64,000 nt of DNA. Source: a bacterium (GTDB taxonomy: Bacteria > SAR324 > NAC60-12). The position numbers and the translations under genes were made by a program. The notes under the pieces are model-generated. The model ran no database searches. It was not told the origin of the DNA and worked only from the letters and a program-made list of their open reading frames with translations. The DNA lies in contig OZ242383.1 of the NCBI GenBank assembly GCA_965209155.1, positions 256,001 to 320,000 of the forward strand, in the 5' to 3' direction. Of this stretch, positions 41,208 through 51,071 are shown piece after piece (the stretch's first letter is position 1; each line of letters starts with the position of its first letter).

Positions 41208-41738
41208 ATGCAAAAAGGTAGATGCATCAACTGCCACCAGTTTTTCCTCCGCCGCCCTCAAAACAAGGAGCAAAGTTACTGCAGCCTGAAGAGGTGTCAG
41301 CGTGCGCGCAAGACGAATTGGGAGCGTAAAAAGTTAGCCAGCGATCCAGACTATCAACAGAACCGAAAAGCTAGTCAGAAGGCTTGGCAAGAAAGCCACC
41401 GCGATTATTGGAAAGTCTATCGAGAAAAACATCCAGTTCAGGCTGAGCGCAATCGAAAACTTCAGTTGATCCGCAATGCCAAACAGCGGGGGTATATTGT
41501 GGAAAAACTCTCGATGAATACCATTCCTTCCATCTCTCCGCTCAGATCAAAGCCCTTCTCGCTCTCATCAGTGCCGATTGCAAAGACGGACGCGTCCATC
41601 CCTTATCAATTCTGCCTTATCGCCTCCTCCGATGAGGATTTGATTGCAAAGATGGACGCGTCAAATTCCTCCCCTGCCCAGATTTTTAAGGCTTTTGTTG
41701 AGCTTCCTTTGATTGCAAAGATGGACGCGTTAACCTAA
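41208..41738 (+). CDS. Element-borne hypothetical protein, Cys4 zinc-binding-like N-terminus, IAKxDA repeats
   Basis: CINC...CSLKRC, basic helix, gggag RBS. Confidence 0.7.
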   Translation: MQKGRCINCHQFFLRRPQNKEQSYCSLKRCQRARKTNWERKKLASDPDYQQNRKASQKAWQESHRDYWKVYREKHPVQAERNRKLQLIRNAKQRGYIVEKLSMNTIPSISPLRSKPFSLSSVPIAKTDASIPYQFCLIASSDEDLIAKMDASNSSPAQIFKAFVELPLIAKMDALT

Positions 41739-41786
41739 AAGAACCTTGAGATATCAACAACTTATCCGTGATTGCAAAGAAGGACT
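41576..41786 (+). repeat. Four interspaced ~21-bp direct repeats GATTGCAAAGA(T/C/A)GGACGCGT
   Basis: Copies start at 41576, 41642, 41711 and 41770 (last one partial); unique spacers of 45, 48 and 38 bp. Confidence 0.88.
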
Positions 41787-41862
41787 TTATTGCCACCACC
41801 CTTCAGCTGAGTTAAAAAAGATGAAAACCTTGTTAACCATCCATCCAAAAGAAGGAGCTGTG

Positions 41863-42252
41863 ATGAGAAAGCAGTTGATTATGAAAAGCAGACGACGGGT
41901 GATCGAGGGAAGTTTTAGCTTCATTCCTCACCGATTTTTGAGGGAGGGCTTTTTTGAATGCCTGCGATCTGAGGAATTGATCTTATATTTTTTTTATGTG
42001 ATGGCCGCGGATGCTCAAGGACTTTCCTACTACAGTCCCAAGACCATCACTCAACTGCTGAAAATGAAGAGGGATGTCTATCAACAGGCTTTGAGTGGTT
42101 TATTGCAAATGGATCTGATCGCCACAGAAGAGACCTTAGTGCAGGTCCTTCACTTGTCCCTGTCTCCACTAAGAAGATCCCCCTCACCCCGCATTCGCTG
42201 GCCGAATAGGATGCCCTCGTCCTGCAGAGAAAGAAGGGGGAGAGATGAGTGA
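41863..42252 (+). CDS. Element-borne HTH protein (replication-initiator N-terminus-like), C-terminus probably replaced at a deletion junction
   Basis: FSFIPHRFL...L...ELILYFFY...AD..GLSYYS...I..LL pattern; aaggag RBS. Confidence 0.6.
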   Translation: MRKQLIMKSRRRVIEGSFSFIPHRFLREGFFECLRSEELILYFFYVMAADAQGLSYYSPKTITQLLKMKRDVYQQALSGLLQMDLIATEETLVQVLHLSLSPLRRSPSPRIRWPNRMPSSCRERRGRDE

Positions 42253-43249
42253 AAAAATAAAAAAACAATGTCAGAGCCTCCATCTCAGTGGCCTTTGCCA
42301 GCATTTTGAAGCGATTTTTAAAACTGCCTCGCAAAAAAACTGGACTCATCATCAATTGCTCGAGAGCTTGTTTGATCTCGAACTGGACCATCGTCTCCAT
42401 AAGCGCATTCAATTGCGCTTGAAGCAAGCCAAATTGCCCGCCACTCTCACCATCGAGAGCTTTGATTTTGCCCACCACCCCTCTCGAAAAAAGAACAAAG
42501 GCAGAATTTTACAATTGATGCAATTGGACTTTATCAAAAATAGCGAGGATGTTATCCTGATTGGCAATCCAGGAGTGGGAAAGACCCACTTGGCTCTATG
42601 CCTGGCATACGAGGCCACTCAGAACGCCATGCGCACTTTATTTACCACAGCAACCGACATGATTAACCATTTGATTGCTGCCGAATCGGACCATTCCCTG
42701 GTCAAAAAACTCAGCCATTACACCGAACCGGACCTCCTCCTCTGCGATGAGATCGGTTATCTGCCACTGGATCAACAAGGAAGCAGCCTCTTTTTCCAGG
42801 TCATTAGTCGCAGGCATCAGAGAAAATCAACCTTTCTCACCACAAACCTGCCTTTTGCCCAATGGGGGAATCTCTTTGATTCGACCACTGTGGCCACTGC
42901 CATTGCAGATCGACTGGTAATGAATTCGGAGGTTATCATTTTAGAAGGAGAAAGCTATCGTAGAAATAAAAGAAAAAAGGCATATAGCCCCTTCCATCCG
43001 CTGTTTAAAAGGTATGAGGCCACATCACATCCCTACTTCTTGTCGCTCAATACCCAACCTATAGCTCTGCCCACTTACCTACGTGGTAAACTTCCAAATT
43101 GCCGTTTTTGGTATACTTTACCAATGCCATCAACATTCCTGGAGTACCAAGTTTTCCGCAAAATAGCCTTTATAGGTGCCATAATCATATTGTATAATCC
43201 TCTCGGGACTCAAACGAGTCATGGCACCCAGCAAACCAATATCAAATAA
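42245..43249 (+). CDS. istB: IstB-like ATPase; reads through the element end, so the native stop is probably lost
   Basis: GNPGVGKTH, LLLCDEIGY, TTNLPF..W, AIADRL, GESYR. Confidence 0.88.
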   Translation: MSEKIKKQCQSLHLSGLCQHFEAIFKTASQKNWTHHQLLESLFDLELDHRLHKRIQLRLKQAKLPATLTIESFDFAHHPSRKKNKGRILQLMQLDFIKNSEDVILIGNPGVGKTHLALCLAYEATQNAMRTLFTTATDMINHLIAAESDHSLVKKLSHYTEPDLLLCDEIGYLPLDQQGSSLFFQVISRRHQRKSTFLTTNLPFAQWGNLFDSTTVATAIADRLVMNSEVIILEGESYRRNKRKKAYSPFHPLFKRYEATSHPYFLSLNTQPIALPTYLRGKLPNCRFWYTLPMPSTFLEYQVFRKIAFIGAIIILYNPLGTQTSHGTQQTNIK

Positions 43250-44329
43250 AAAGAGTTTAAAATGATTTTCAGACGCCCCCGCTAATAAGGGGATGGCAGG
43301 GTGTCCATTGAGAGGAATCTTGAAGGCTAATCCAGCTTTGACCAACCACTCAATCGGGTCCGCAAGCGCTTCATAGCTCCGATATCCTTTGGAAATGACA
43401 TCCTTGAATATAAATTTTTTCGACTGTTTATTGTGGGTATTGGATAATTGCAGAGGGATCGCTTCAAAGATCCGTTCAATATGCCTGAAATTGGTAGCTC
43501 CCGCGTATTTTGAAAAATCCCTCACATAATGAAGCAGCAACTGATTCTGAGTGTGACGTGCCGCCCGAAAAGCTTCCAGGGGTTTCTCTTTTTGGTGGTG
43601 ATATTCCCTGATGACCTCCGGCATCCCTCCGGTGATCAAATATGTTTTTAATAAATGAAACAATTTACGATGGTAGGGATCCCCTGTTTTTTCTCCCTGA
43701 AATTTCTCCAAAAACTTGACCGCTTGGGTCTCATCGGTTCCCAGCAGAAATTCTTCGAAGTTCATAGGATACATCGAAAGTATCTCCACTTGTCCGACAG
43801 GAAAAGCTTCTTCGCCATGGATTACCCCAAGATTGGAACCTGCCGCAACCACCGCTAAGGGCTTCATGTGCTGATTAAAGTATTTTAACGCCGTGACCGC
43901 CCGAGGAATGGTTTGGATTTCATCCAGCACCAGCAAGTCATTCTCTATATTGATGGACTTTCCCGAGACAAAACTCAACCCATCAATGATGAGTTTGGGA
44001 TGCAAAGAAGCGTCCTGGAAAAGGGGACCTAACTCGGTTTTTAAGGCTTCTAAATCAAAATAATGCGTGTTTGGGAAAGCCTCGTTGCCAAATTTTTGAA
44101 GCACATAAGTTTTTCCAACTTGCCTGGCCCCCTGAAGCAGTAACGGCTTCCGGTTTTCTTTGTTTTTCCAATCGATTAACTGCTTTTCAATCAGACGTTT
44201 CATCAGACCGACCCTTGGTATCGTTTTCTTTGAAATATAGACAAATTTAAAGATTTACCCCAGGAATATATCAATAAATATAAAGAAAATATCAAGCAAA
44301 AAGAATGATTTCTTAAAATCCTTCGAAGA

Positions 44330-44540
44330 AGAGGCCATCGATGAGACAGTTTAGGCTGGCTCGTAATTGTTATCGAGGAACCTTTGGTGATCAAATCAAT
44401 GTGATGCTCGCTGCCGCTGCTTATAATTTCAAAAAGTGGATGAGACTGCAAATGCAAGCTATGATGAAAAAAAATCCTACTTTAAATCCATTCATTGGTG
44501 CTTGGTAGGATCGCTGAGTCTATTATTCTTGACCGACTAA
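44330..44540 (+). pseudogene. IS5-family transposase 3' remnant
   Basis: RLARNCYRGTFGDQINVMLAAAAYNFKKWMR translated by eye; gaccgactaa end-like sequence near 44532. Confidence 0.6.
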
Positions 44541-44711
44541 TCTAATTGGGTTGTTCTAGCTTAAATGTAATTTGAATTAAAGGTGGTTCGTAAATCTACA
44601 CTGGAGCTTTACAATGAAAATCGATAAAGTAAAGGAGATTTCCTTATTTCGCGGGAGATTCTGCGGCTGGTGCTCAACCAAAGTGGCATCTGTGCCCGAT
44701 AGTCTCGTTTA

Positions 44712-46100
44712 GAGATATAGTCGAAAGTTGGGGATGGACTAAATTTGAAGGTGGCGTATCCTATTGATGGGAATTTAAAATAAATAGAATTACATCAAAG
44801 AAAGGATACGCCGATGAGCAACTATAACGTGATTGATCTGGAGAAGCCAGAGCAAATTATTGAAGATCATTTGAGTGAACTTTTGAGAGTGAAAGCCAGG
44901 AAGATACTTTCTGAAGCGTTGGAATTGGAGATGGAAATATTCATGAAGGAATATCAGTCCTATCGACTCTCGGATGGACGTCAGCGAGTGGTTCGTCATG
45001 GTTATCATCAAGATCGGGAGATTCAGACGGGAATTGGTTCTATATCCGTGAAAGTTCCGCGGAGTAAAGATCGTCAAAGCACCTCATCAGAGGAAAGGAT
45101 TCGATTTTCTTCCAAGTTGATCCCCCCTTATCTGAGGAAAAGTAAAAGTATTGAAGCCCTGATTCCCTGGCTGTATCTGAAAGGGATTTCCACTGGTGGC
45201 TTTCAGGAGGCGCTCGCAGCGATTTTAGGTAAAAGAGCGGCGGGCTTGTCTTCAGCGACAGTGAGCCGTCTTAAATCAAGCTGGTATGAGGATTGGAAAG
45301 CCTGGAAACAACGGGATCTCTCCCAGAGTCATTATGTTTATCTCTGGGTCGATGGCGTGTATTGCAATGTGAGAATGGATAAAGATAAACAATGCCTCTT
45401 GGTGATTGTGGGGGCAACAGAAAATGGAGATAAAGAGCTCGTTGCCTTGGAAGATGGCTACCGGGAAAGTGAGCAATCCTGGAGGGAACTGCTGATGGAT
45501 CTGAAGCACCGGGGATTGACTGAGGCCCCTAAAATCGCTGTGGGAGACGGAGCGATGGGATTTTGGAAAGCTTTGAAAAAAGTCTATCCTCAGAGCAAAG
45601 AGCAGCGTTGTTGGATGCACAAAACGGGAAACATTCTCAACTATTTACCAAAAAGGGAGCATCATAAAGCCAAGGATCGTCTCCATCAAATTTGGATGGC
45701 CAGCAGCAAAGAGGAAGCTTTCAAAGCCTTAAAGCATTTTGTTGACATGTATGAGGCGAAATATCCTAAAGCCACTCACTGCTTGATTAAAGATCAGGAG
45801 ACCTTGATGGCCTTCTATGATTTCCCGGCAGAGCATTGGAGGCATTTGAGAACGAGCAATCCCATTGAATCCACCTTCGCTACTGTCAAACTGAGAACTG
45901 CCAAAGTCAGAGGTTGTTTCTCAAGAAATACCGTCTTGACGATGGCATTCAAATTAATGGAATCCGCTCAGAAAAATTGGATCCGATTACACGGATTTAA
46001 ACGATTAGCCGAAGTGATAGAGGGAGTACAATTTGTCGATGGAATTCCTCAATACAGGATCGCCGCCTGAATTGCCATCCCCAGAATTTGACTATAACTC
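44712..46100 (+). mobile_element. IS256 family insertion sequence
   Basis: IRs gagatatagtcgaaagttggggatgg / gagttatagtcaaattctggggatgg; 9-bp target duplication tctcgttta (44703-44711, 46101-46109). Confidence 0.95.
44814..46070 (+). CDS. IS256 family transposase
   Basis: YLWVDG, VGDGAMGFW, QRCWMHK, RTSNPIES. Confidence 0.95.
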   Translation: MSNYNVIDLEKPEQIIEDHLSELLRVKARKILSEALELEMEIFMKEYQSYRLSDGRQRVVRHGYHQDREIQTGIGSISVKVPRSKDRQSTSSEERIRFSSKLIPPYLRKSKSIEALIPWLYLKGISTGGFQEALAAILGKRAAGLSSATVSRLKSSWYEDWKAWKQRDLSQSHYVYLWVDGVYCNVRMDKDKQCLLVIVGATENGDKELVALEDGYRESEQSWRELLMDLKHRGLTEAPKIAVGDGAMGFWKALKKVYPQSKEQRCWMHKTGNILNYLPKREHHKAKDRLHQIWMASSKEEAFKALKHFVDMYEAKYPKATHCLIKDQETLMAFYDFPAEHWRHLRTSNPIESTFATVKLRTAKVRGCFSRNTVLTMAFKLMESAQKNWIRLHGFKRLAEVIEGVQFVDGIPQYRIAA

Positions 46101-46136
46101 TCTCGTTTATCTTGTTCAGCATGGAGTTCGAAAATC

Positions 46137-46430
46137 ATGAAAACTTTAGCAGAAATAAAATACGGCTTAGTCCAACAAAAATCGCTCCTCAAAGAAAAGT
46201 ATAAGGTAAGCCGCGTTGGGATATTTGGCTCCTATGTCAGAAGTGAACAAACCCCAAATAGCGATATTGATATATTGATTGATTATGAGGAGGCTCCCAG
46301 TTTGATTACTTTGATCGAGTTGGAGCATTATCTGGAAGACATTCTGAAGACAAAGGTCGATTTAGTGACACAGAAAGGGATTAAACCTCCGTTAAAAGAC
46401 GCTATTTTAAATGAGGTGGTTTATCTATGA
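46137..46430 (+). CDS. Minimal nucleotidyltransferase (MNT) antitoxin
   Basis: FGSYVR...SDIDIL, KVDLV. Confidence 0.9.
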   Translation: MKTLAEIKYGLVQQKSLLKEKYKVSRVGIFGSYVRSEQTPNSDIDILIDYEEAPSLITLIELEHYLEDILKTKVDLVTQKGIKPPLKDAILNEVVYL

Positions 46431-46592
46431 GCGAGAGAACCGTCATGGAGAGCAATCGCTGGAATGCGGGATCGTTTGATTCATCATTATTGGGAGACAG
46501 AGAAAGAAATCTTATGGAAAACCGTTCAAGAATCGATACCTCCCCTAAAGAAAGTCATTCAAGAACTACTTGAGAAGGAAAATCAACGTTGA
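46427..46592 (+). pseudogene. HepT/DUF86 HEPN toxin with most of the N-terminus deleted
   Basis: ATGA-coupled start, then WRAIAGMRDRLIHHY (RxxxxH) after a deletion. Confidence 0.78.
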
Positions 46593-46704
46593 TCTAACCA
46601 CTGGGGAAAATATCAATCGGGGCCGCTTGTGAACTGGCTTCCATGAATATTTATGAATTTATGAAGATATGCAAAAAGCACCGCATTGAAATCCTTCAAT
46701 ATGA

Positions 46705-46909
46705 GAAGCAAGAAAGGGGAGAACGATGAAAGCATTTAACAGCAAACGTGTCCTCTGTGGTGACTACCAGTTACCGCGTCAGATGTTGCAAGAGCAAACC
46801 TACGACGGGCACAGCTCTATTCACGACGATAAAATGGCAGCGGATTTGGGGTTTTCTGGCGCGCCTATTGAAGGACCAACCCACTTCAGCCAGTTTTCAC
46901 CGCTGTTGT
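46705..46909 (+). pseudogene. 5' fragment (copy 2) of the hotdog-fold gene at 37318
   Basis: Near-identical RBS and first ~61 codons. Confidence 0.9.
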
Positions 46910-47009
46910 CGATAAAAGGAAGTGAAAAACTCTTGACTGTATAAGAGAGTAGACTGTACTCTATGATGAAAAATAGCAACCAATTAAGGTAATCAAAAAG
47001 GAAGAACCA

Positions 47010-47285
47010 ATGGCAAAGATTATAGTAGAAATTCCCGATGATATCGTCAGTCAATTTGAGAGTATTGAGGCAATTCGCCGAACCATATATGAAGATTTTA
47101 TAATTGAACAACGCCAAAATGGAAATCTAAGCCTTGGGGAAGCGGCCCAACTGCTAGGCATTACATATACTGAATTATTTGAGTTGTTGGGGAAAAAAGG
47201 GCTTTCATTTATAAATTCGACGCCTGATGAATTGCGTGAAAGTTATTCCTCCTTCCAAAACTTGATGGAACAATCCAAAAAATGA
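47010..47285 (+). CDS. UPF0175-like antitoxin
   Basis: LSLGEAAQLLGI...F.ELL..KG. Confidence 0.78.
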   Translation: MAKIIVEIPDDIVSQFESIEAIRRTIYEDFIIEQRQNGNLSLGEAAQLLGITYTELFELLGKKGLSFINSTPDELRESYSSFQNLMEQSKK

Positions 47286-47725
47286 TGGTCATTTCCAATT
47301 CAAGTCCCCTTATAGCACTGAGTAGTGTTGATCAGCTAGACATTCTTTTCCAACTTTTTGAGAAGGTCTATATCCCTGAAGCAGTCTTTCAAGAAACTGT
47401 AACAGAGAATCATCTCATCGCCCAAAGGGAGCGGATTCTTGAAGCAACAGATACTTTTTTGAGAGTCATCTTTCCAAAGGTTCAACATCCTTTTGAAAGA
47501 AAGTTGGGATATGGAGAACAAGGAGTCTTAAATTTAGCATTTGAAATGCAACCAGACATTGTTTTGATTGATGATAAAAAAGCAAGAAATGAAGCAAAAG
47601 ATTTAGGACTAGCTCCAATATTTACAACAGATCTTTTTAAATGGGCCAAAAGTCAAAAAATTATTGATTCCTATCAGATTATTATGAATCAACTCTCTGA
47701 AAATCAAATATATCTTCCAGAATAA
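47282..47725 (+). CDS. DUF3368-like PIN-domain protein
   Basis: VISNSSPLIAL, IPEAVFQE, LGYGE, LIDDKKAR. Confidence 0.82.
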   Translation: MMVISNSSPLIALSSVDQLDILFQLFEKVYIPEAVFQETVTENHLIAQRERILEATDTFLRVIFPKVQHPFERKLGYGEQGVLNLAFEMQPDIVLIDDKKARNEAKDLGLAPIFTTDLFKWAKSQKIIDSYQIIMNQLSENQIYLPE

Positions 47726-47855
47726 GGAAAATTGAGGATTCCGATATGAATAAGTTCGTAGAGCCGTATCCAAGCGGCTTCGACGAGCATTCCCCGCAGA
47801 TCCGCTTTGCCGGAGCGAGTAATATGGCCCATGCGAATCTGATCGGTGCGAAGGG

Positions 47856-48185
47856 TTACGTGAAAACTCTTCTTATGCACGTCAATGCCAACAAAAAGGG
47901 TTTGGCCTGATAATGATTCAGAACCTGAAGGTGACGTTTGATTTCAAATACTCTTGGGATGGGTTGCTCTGCACGAACCCGTTCGTAAGCAAAATGAGTC
48001 ATGGTTGCTACATCATGAGTGAGAAGAATTCTATTTTCCTCAGCTGCCCATTCCAAAATGGTAGGATCATCCGTTCCAGATAGTCCAACATTTTGAACAC
48101 GAACAATATCCAGGTTGGGATTACGTCGCCCCAACCCACGTAAGATGTCATTGTTGAAGTTCTCATCAGCGGCAAATCGAAGCAC
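47856..48185 (-). CDS. DUF5615-like PIN toxin (C-terminus possibly replaced)
   Basis: FAADEN, GTDDPTIL..A..ENRILLTHD. Confidence 0.8.
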   Translation of the reverse strand: MLRFAADENFNNDILRGLGRRNPNLDIVRVQNVGLSGTDDPTILEWAAEENRILLTHDVATMTHFAYERVRAEQPIPRVFEIKRHLQVLNHYQAKPFLLALTCIRRVFT

Positions 48186-48188
48186 CAG

Positions 48189-48521
48189 CTATCCTTGTCT
48201 TTTCTTTCGAGCCAACAATCTTTCCCGAATTCCTTGGGGATTAAAGCGAGATTCATTCATCTCTCTCACCTTTTCGGCTTGCTCTTCTCTTTGCTGTAAA
48301 TATTCTTCGATCTCTGTGCGGTGGTGTAGGTAGTAACCAATGACGGAATAGACATCAGCCAAGTCGAGGGAAGGATATTGATAAACAATTTCTTCAGCGG
48401 TTGCTCCATCCAGGAAAGCATAGATGAGGGTATCCAAAGTGACCCTGGTGCCACCCACTCTCAGGACTCCATGGGAATCCTCTTTAAAACGTATTTCTTC
48501 AATAGCAGCAGGTAAGCTCAT
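48189..48521 (-). CDS. DUF433 antitoxin
   Basis: GGTRVTLD...GATAEEI..QYPSLDLADVY. Confidence 0.88.
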   Translation of the reverse strand: MSLPAAIEEIRFKEDSHGVLRVGGTRVTLDTLIYAFLDGATAEEIVYQYPSLDLADVYSVIGYYLHHRTEIEEYLQQREEQAEKVREMNESRFNPQGIRERLLARKKRQG

Positions 48522-48553
48522 AATGCGCTCTTCCGCGTCTCTCCCGAATCCAG

Positions 48554-49152
48554 TTGCGTATTTTGATCACAACCTTACTTTCCATCTTTTGGGGATTTAA
48601 TTTTTTCGACCTGATCTATGCGACCACTTCAGGAGGGCCTTTTGCTCGAACTGAAACACTGGTCGTCCTGGCTCAGAGAATGGCATTTAAGGTCTTAGAT
48701 CTTGGATATACAAGCGCCCTTGGGGTAATGTGGCTGTTAATCCTTATGGTTTTTACGGGGATGGTGCTTCCTTTCTCAATTTGGATGATAAAAAGTTTTT
48801 GTGATACTTTTGATAAAGACCTGGAAGATGCAGCCATCATTGACGGCGCATCAAGATTCCGGATCTTATGGAATATTGTGGTACCAATGATTACGCCGGG
48901 CATCGCATCGGTCGCCATGTTCTCCTTCCTGGCTCCTGGAATCATTTGCTCTATGTGATGATTCTCAATACCCGTGAGACCTTGTTGACGGTGCCAATGG
49001 GACTTGTAAGAGAGTATAGCAGTCAATATGATTATTATTACGCTACTTTGTCCGCAGGGCTGCTTTTAATCATCATTCCTATCGCTATTGTCTATATTCC
49101 ATTCCAAAAATACTATGCTTCCGGACTGACAATGGGAGCGGTAAAAGGTTGA
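48554..49152 (+). pseudogene. Fused, frameshifted remnants of two carbohydrate ABC permeases
   Basis: FDLIYATTSGGP from the first permease joined to LEDAAIIDGA and FQKYYASGLTMGAVKG from the second. Confidence 0.8.
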
Positions 49153-49197
49153 AAATAAAAGTAGTAAGCGGCGCTCGATGATGCATAAAGGAATTAT

Positions 49198-50904
49198 ATG
49201 AAGCGGTGCCTGTTCCCAGAACAATTTCCTATTATAGCGCTATTCGGCCTCGCAATGTTACTGTCAGGGTGTGACACTATGCGGCCTGGCGGTCTGTCAG
49301 CTTCCGTCGTGGTGGAAACTCAACCCCTGTCGATTGATTCACGTCAGTGCACCGGTTCCTTCATGCCCCATCGTTTGTCTCATGTGACCCGCAGTGACAA
49401 AAAGCGCATCGGCTTGTACCAAGGTCATGGGGCCGGAGTGGCTTTGGCGGACCTCAACGAGAATGGCCTGATCGATATCATCTTGGCCGGGCAACATGCA
49501 CCGTCGACTATTTTGTGGAACCAGGGTGGGTTGAAATTTCGCGGTGAACTTCTGGATGCCGATGGTTCGCGGGCGGTCAATGCCGTGGACGTGGATGGTG
49601 ACGGCCGGTTCGACTTGGTGTTCACGCACTCCGGTGCTTCCCCTTCCTTCTGGCGTGCGGGAGGGAATCCCAGGCAGCCTGACTTCACGCGCGTCGCCAA
49701 GCAAGATTTCATCAACCGGCAAAATCCCTTCGTGATGGCCTGGGGCGACCTGGACGATGACGGGGACCTCGACATGGTGGGGGGATCCTACGACCGTGAA
49801 CTCAACTCCCTGGGGCTGGGCTCTATTTTTGCTGGCACTCCAGTGGGTGGAGGGGTGTACCTTTACACCAATGAAAGAGGGAGCTTCAAGGCATTTCTCC
49901 TTTATAATTCCTCCGAAGCTTTGGCGATCTTGCTAACCGATCTGGATGCTGATGGACGGCGGGATATTTTGATCGGCAACGACTTTGCCCCACCTGACGT
50001 GGCAATCCTTAACAAGCCTGAGGGTTGGGTGGATGCCTTTCCCTTCGAGCGCACCACCTCCAATACCATGGGCTTCGCAGAAGGCGATATCGACAACGAC
50101 GGAAGATTTGAAATCATGGCGACCGATATGAAGCCCTACCTGGCAGACCCCATTTGGCAGCCGGAATTGGAAGGCCCTGTTTCGATGCAGTCTGAAGATG
50201 GGGTCCAGTTCCTCGCCAATACCCTACAGTCTCGCCGCAGCAACGTTTCAGCCTTTTCCGATCGTGGCAAGGAGGCAGGGGTAGATGCCACCGGCTGGAG
50301 CTGGTCGGTTCAATTCGGAGATCTGGACAATGATGGCGCCGTCGACATTTACGTCGTCAATGGTATGTTCGACGACACTCTCTTTGCGCATTTACCAGGA
50401 AATGAACTGATTCAGGAAAACCAGGCCTTGCGCAATGATGGGACCGGGCACTTCCTCCCCGCTCCGGAATGGGGACTGGGGGCCACGGAGAGCGGGCGGG
50501 GGATGAGTTTTGGAGACTTGGACAACGATGGGGATTTGGATATCGTGGTCAACAACCTGGCCACACCTTCGGTCTTATTTGAGAATCGACTTTGTGTGGG
50601 CAGTGCCCTGGAAGTCGCGTTGCACTGGGAGGGTTCTCCCAACCAACGAGCCATTGGTGCTCAACTGCGATTGCACACCACCCAGGGGATCCTGCATCGT
50701 GAGGTACGCCTGAGCAGCGGGTATCTCTCCAGCCTCCCGGCTCGGGTCCATTTTGGTCTGGGCAAGGCCAAAGCCAGCGACTTGCAGAAATTGGAAGTGA
50801 TTTGGCCGGATGGTCATCTTACTCGCATCGACCAACCTTCCCTCGGAACACTGCTCCGAGTGCAAAGGATTTTCAACTTTAGGAAAGGAAGTAATGACGT
50901 TTAA
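49198..50904 (+). CDS. CRTAC1-like FG-GAP repeat / ASPIC-UnbV lipoprotein
   Basis: LSGC lipobox, repeated GDLDNDGDLD motifs, N..AIGA and SGYLS...VHFGLG C-terminus. Confidence 0.88.
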   Translation: MKRCLFPEQFPIIALFGLAMLLSGCDTMRPGGLSASVVVETQPLSIDSRQCTGSFMPHRLSHVTRSDKKRIGLYQGHGAGVALADLNENGLIDIILAGQHAPSTILWNQGGLKFRGELLDADGSRAVNAVDVDGDGRFDLVFTHSGASPSFWRAGGNPRQPDFTRVAKQDFINRQNPFVMAWGDLDDDGDLDMVGGSYDRELNSLGLGSIFAGTPVGGGVYLYTNERGSFKAFLLYNSSEALAILLTDLDADGRRDILIGNDFAPPDVAILNKPEGWVDAFPFERTTSNTMGFAEGDIDNDGRFEIMATDMKPYLADPIWQPELEGPVSMQSEDGVQFLANTLQSRRSNVSAFSDRGKEAGVDATGWSWSVQFGDLDNDGAVDIYVVNGMFDDTLFAHLPGNELIQENQALRNDGTGHFLPAPEWGLGATESGRGMSFGDLDNDGDLDIVVNNLATPSVLFENRLCVGSALEVALHWEGSPNQRAIGAQLRLHTTQGILHREVRLSSGYLSSLPARVHFGLGKAKASDLQKLEVIWPDGHLTRIDQPSLGTLLRVQRIFNFRKGSNDV

Positions 50905-51071
50905 ACAGTTTTGGAGAGTTTCTAAAAGCTTTTCAGCAGAGGAAGACTCATTCTGCAATTCACGAAAAAAGATTTTAAATTTGTTGAAGCGTTCATATGC
51001 GAATGGGTTGGGTGGTTGGTTTTACTGATTAAAACACTTTTGTCCGCATCAAAGTTGCAGCAAGGAGCATC

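Larger units (their letters stand above)
40859..43135 (+). mobile_element. Non-autonomous IS21-family derivative (2277 bp) with two accessory ORFs, istB, and no intact istA
   Basis: Imperfect IRs tgttaacgccactgtaaaacttaacca / tgttgatggcattggtaaagtatacca; 5-bp ttcct target duplication (40854-40858, 43136-43140). Confidence 0.85.
40560..44203 (-). pseudogene. AAA_14/DUF4143-type ATPase interrupted by the IS21 derivative
   Basis: GARQVGKT, LDEIQ, GGMPE, ENLVLQE|LVS split at the insertion, IPIEVK at the C-terminus. Confidence 0.9.

Noticed and set aside
41576..41786. CRISPR array
   Set aside because: Repeats are only ~21 bp, spacers are uneven, three copies lie in an ORF and no cas genes are present; kept as an unexplained repeat array
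42985..43249. Novel C-terminal domain on IstB
   Set aside because: Read-through across the IR into the antisense of the ATPase gene; probably an indel in the A-run near 42970 removed the stop
50894..51028. Small ORF after the CRTAC1-like gene
   Set aside because: Has a plausible RBS but no recognisable content; probably the start of a truncated gene and not supportable as a feature
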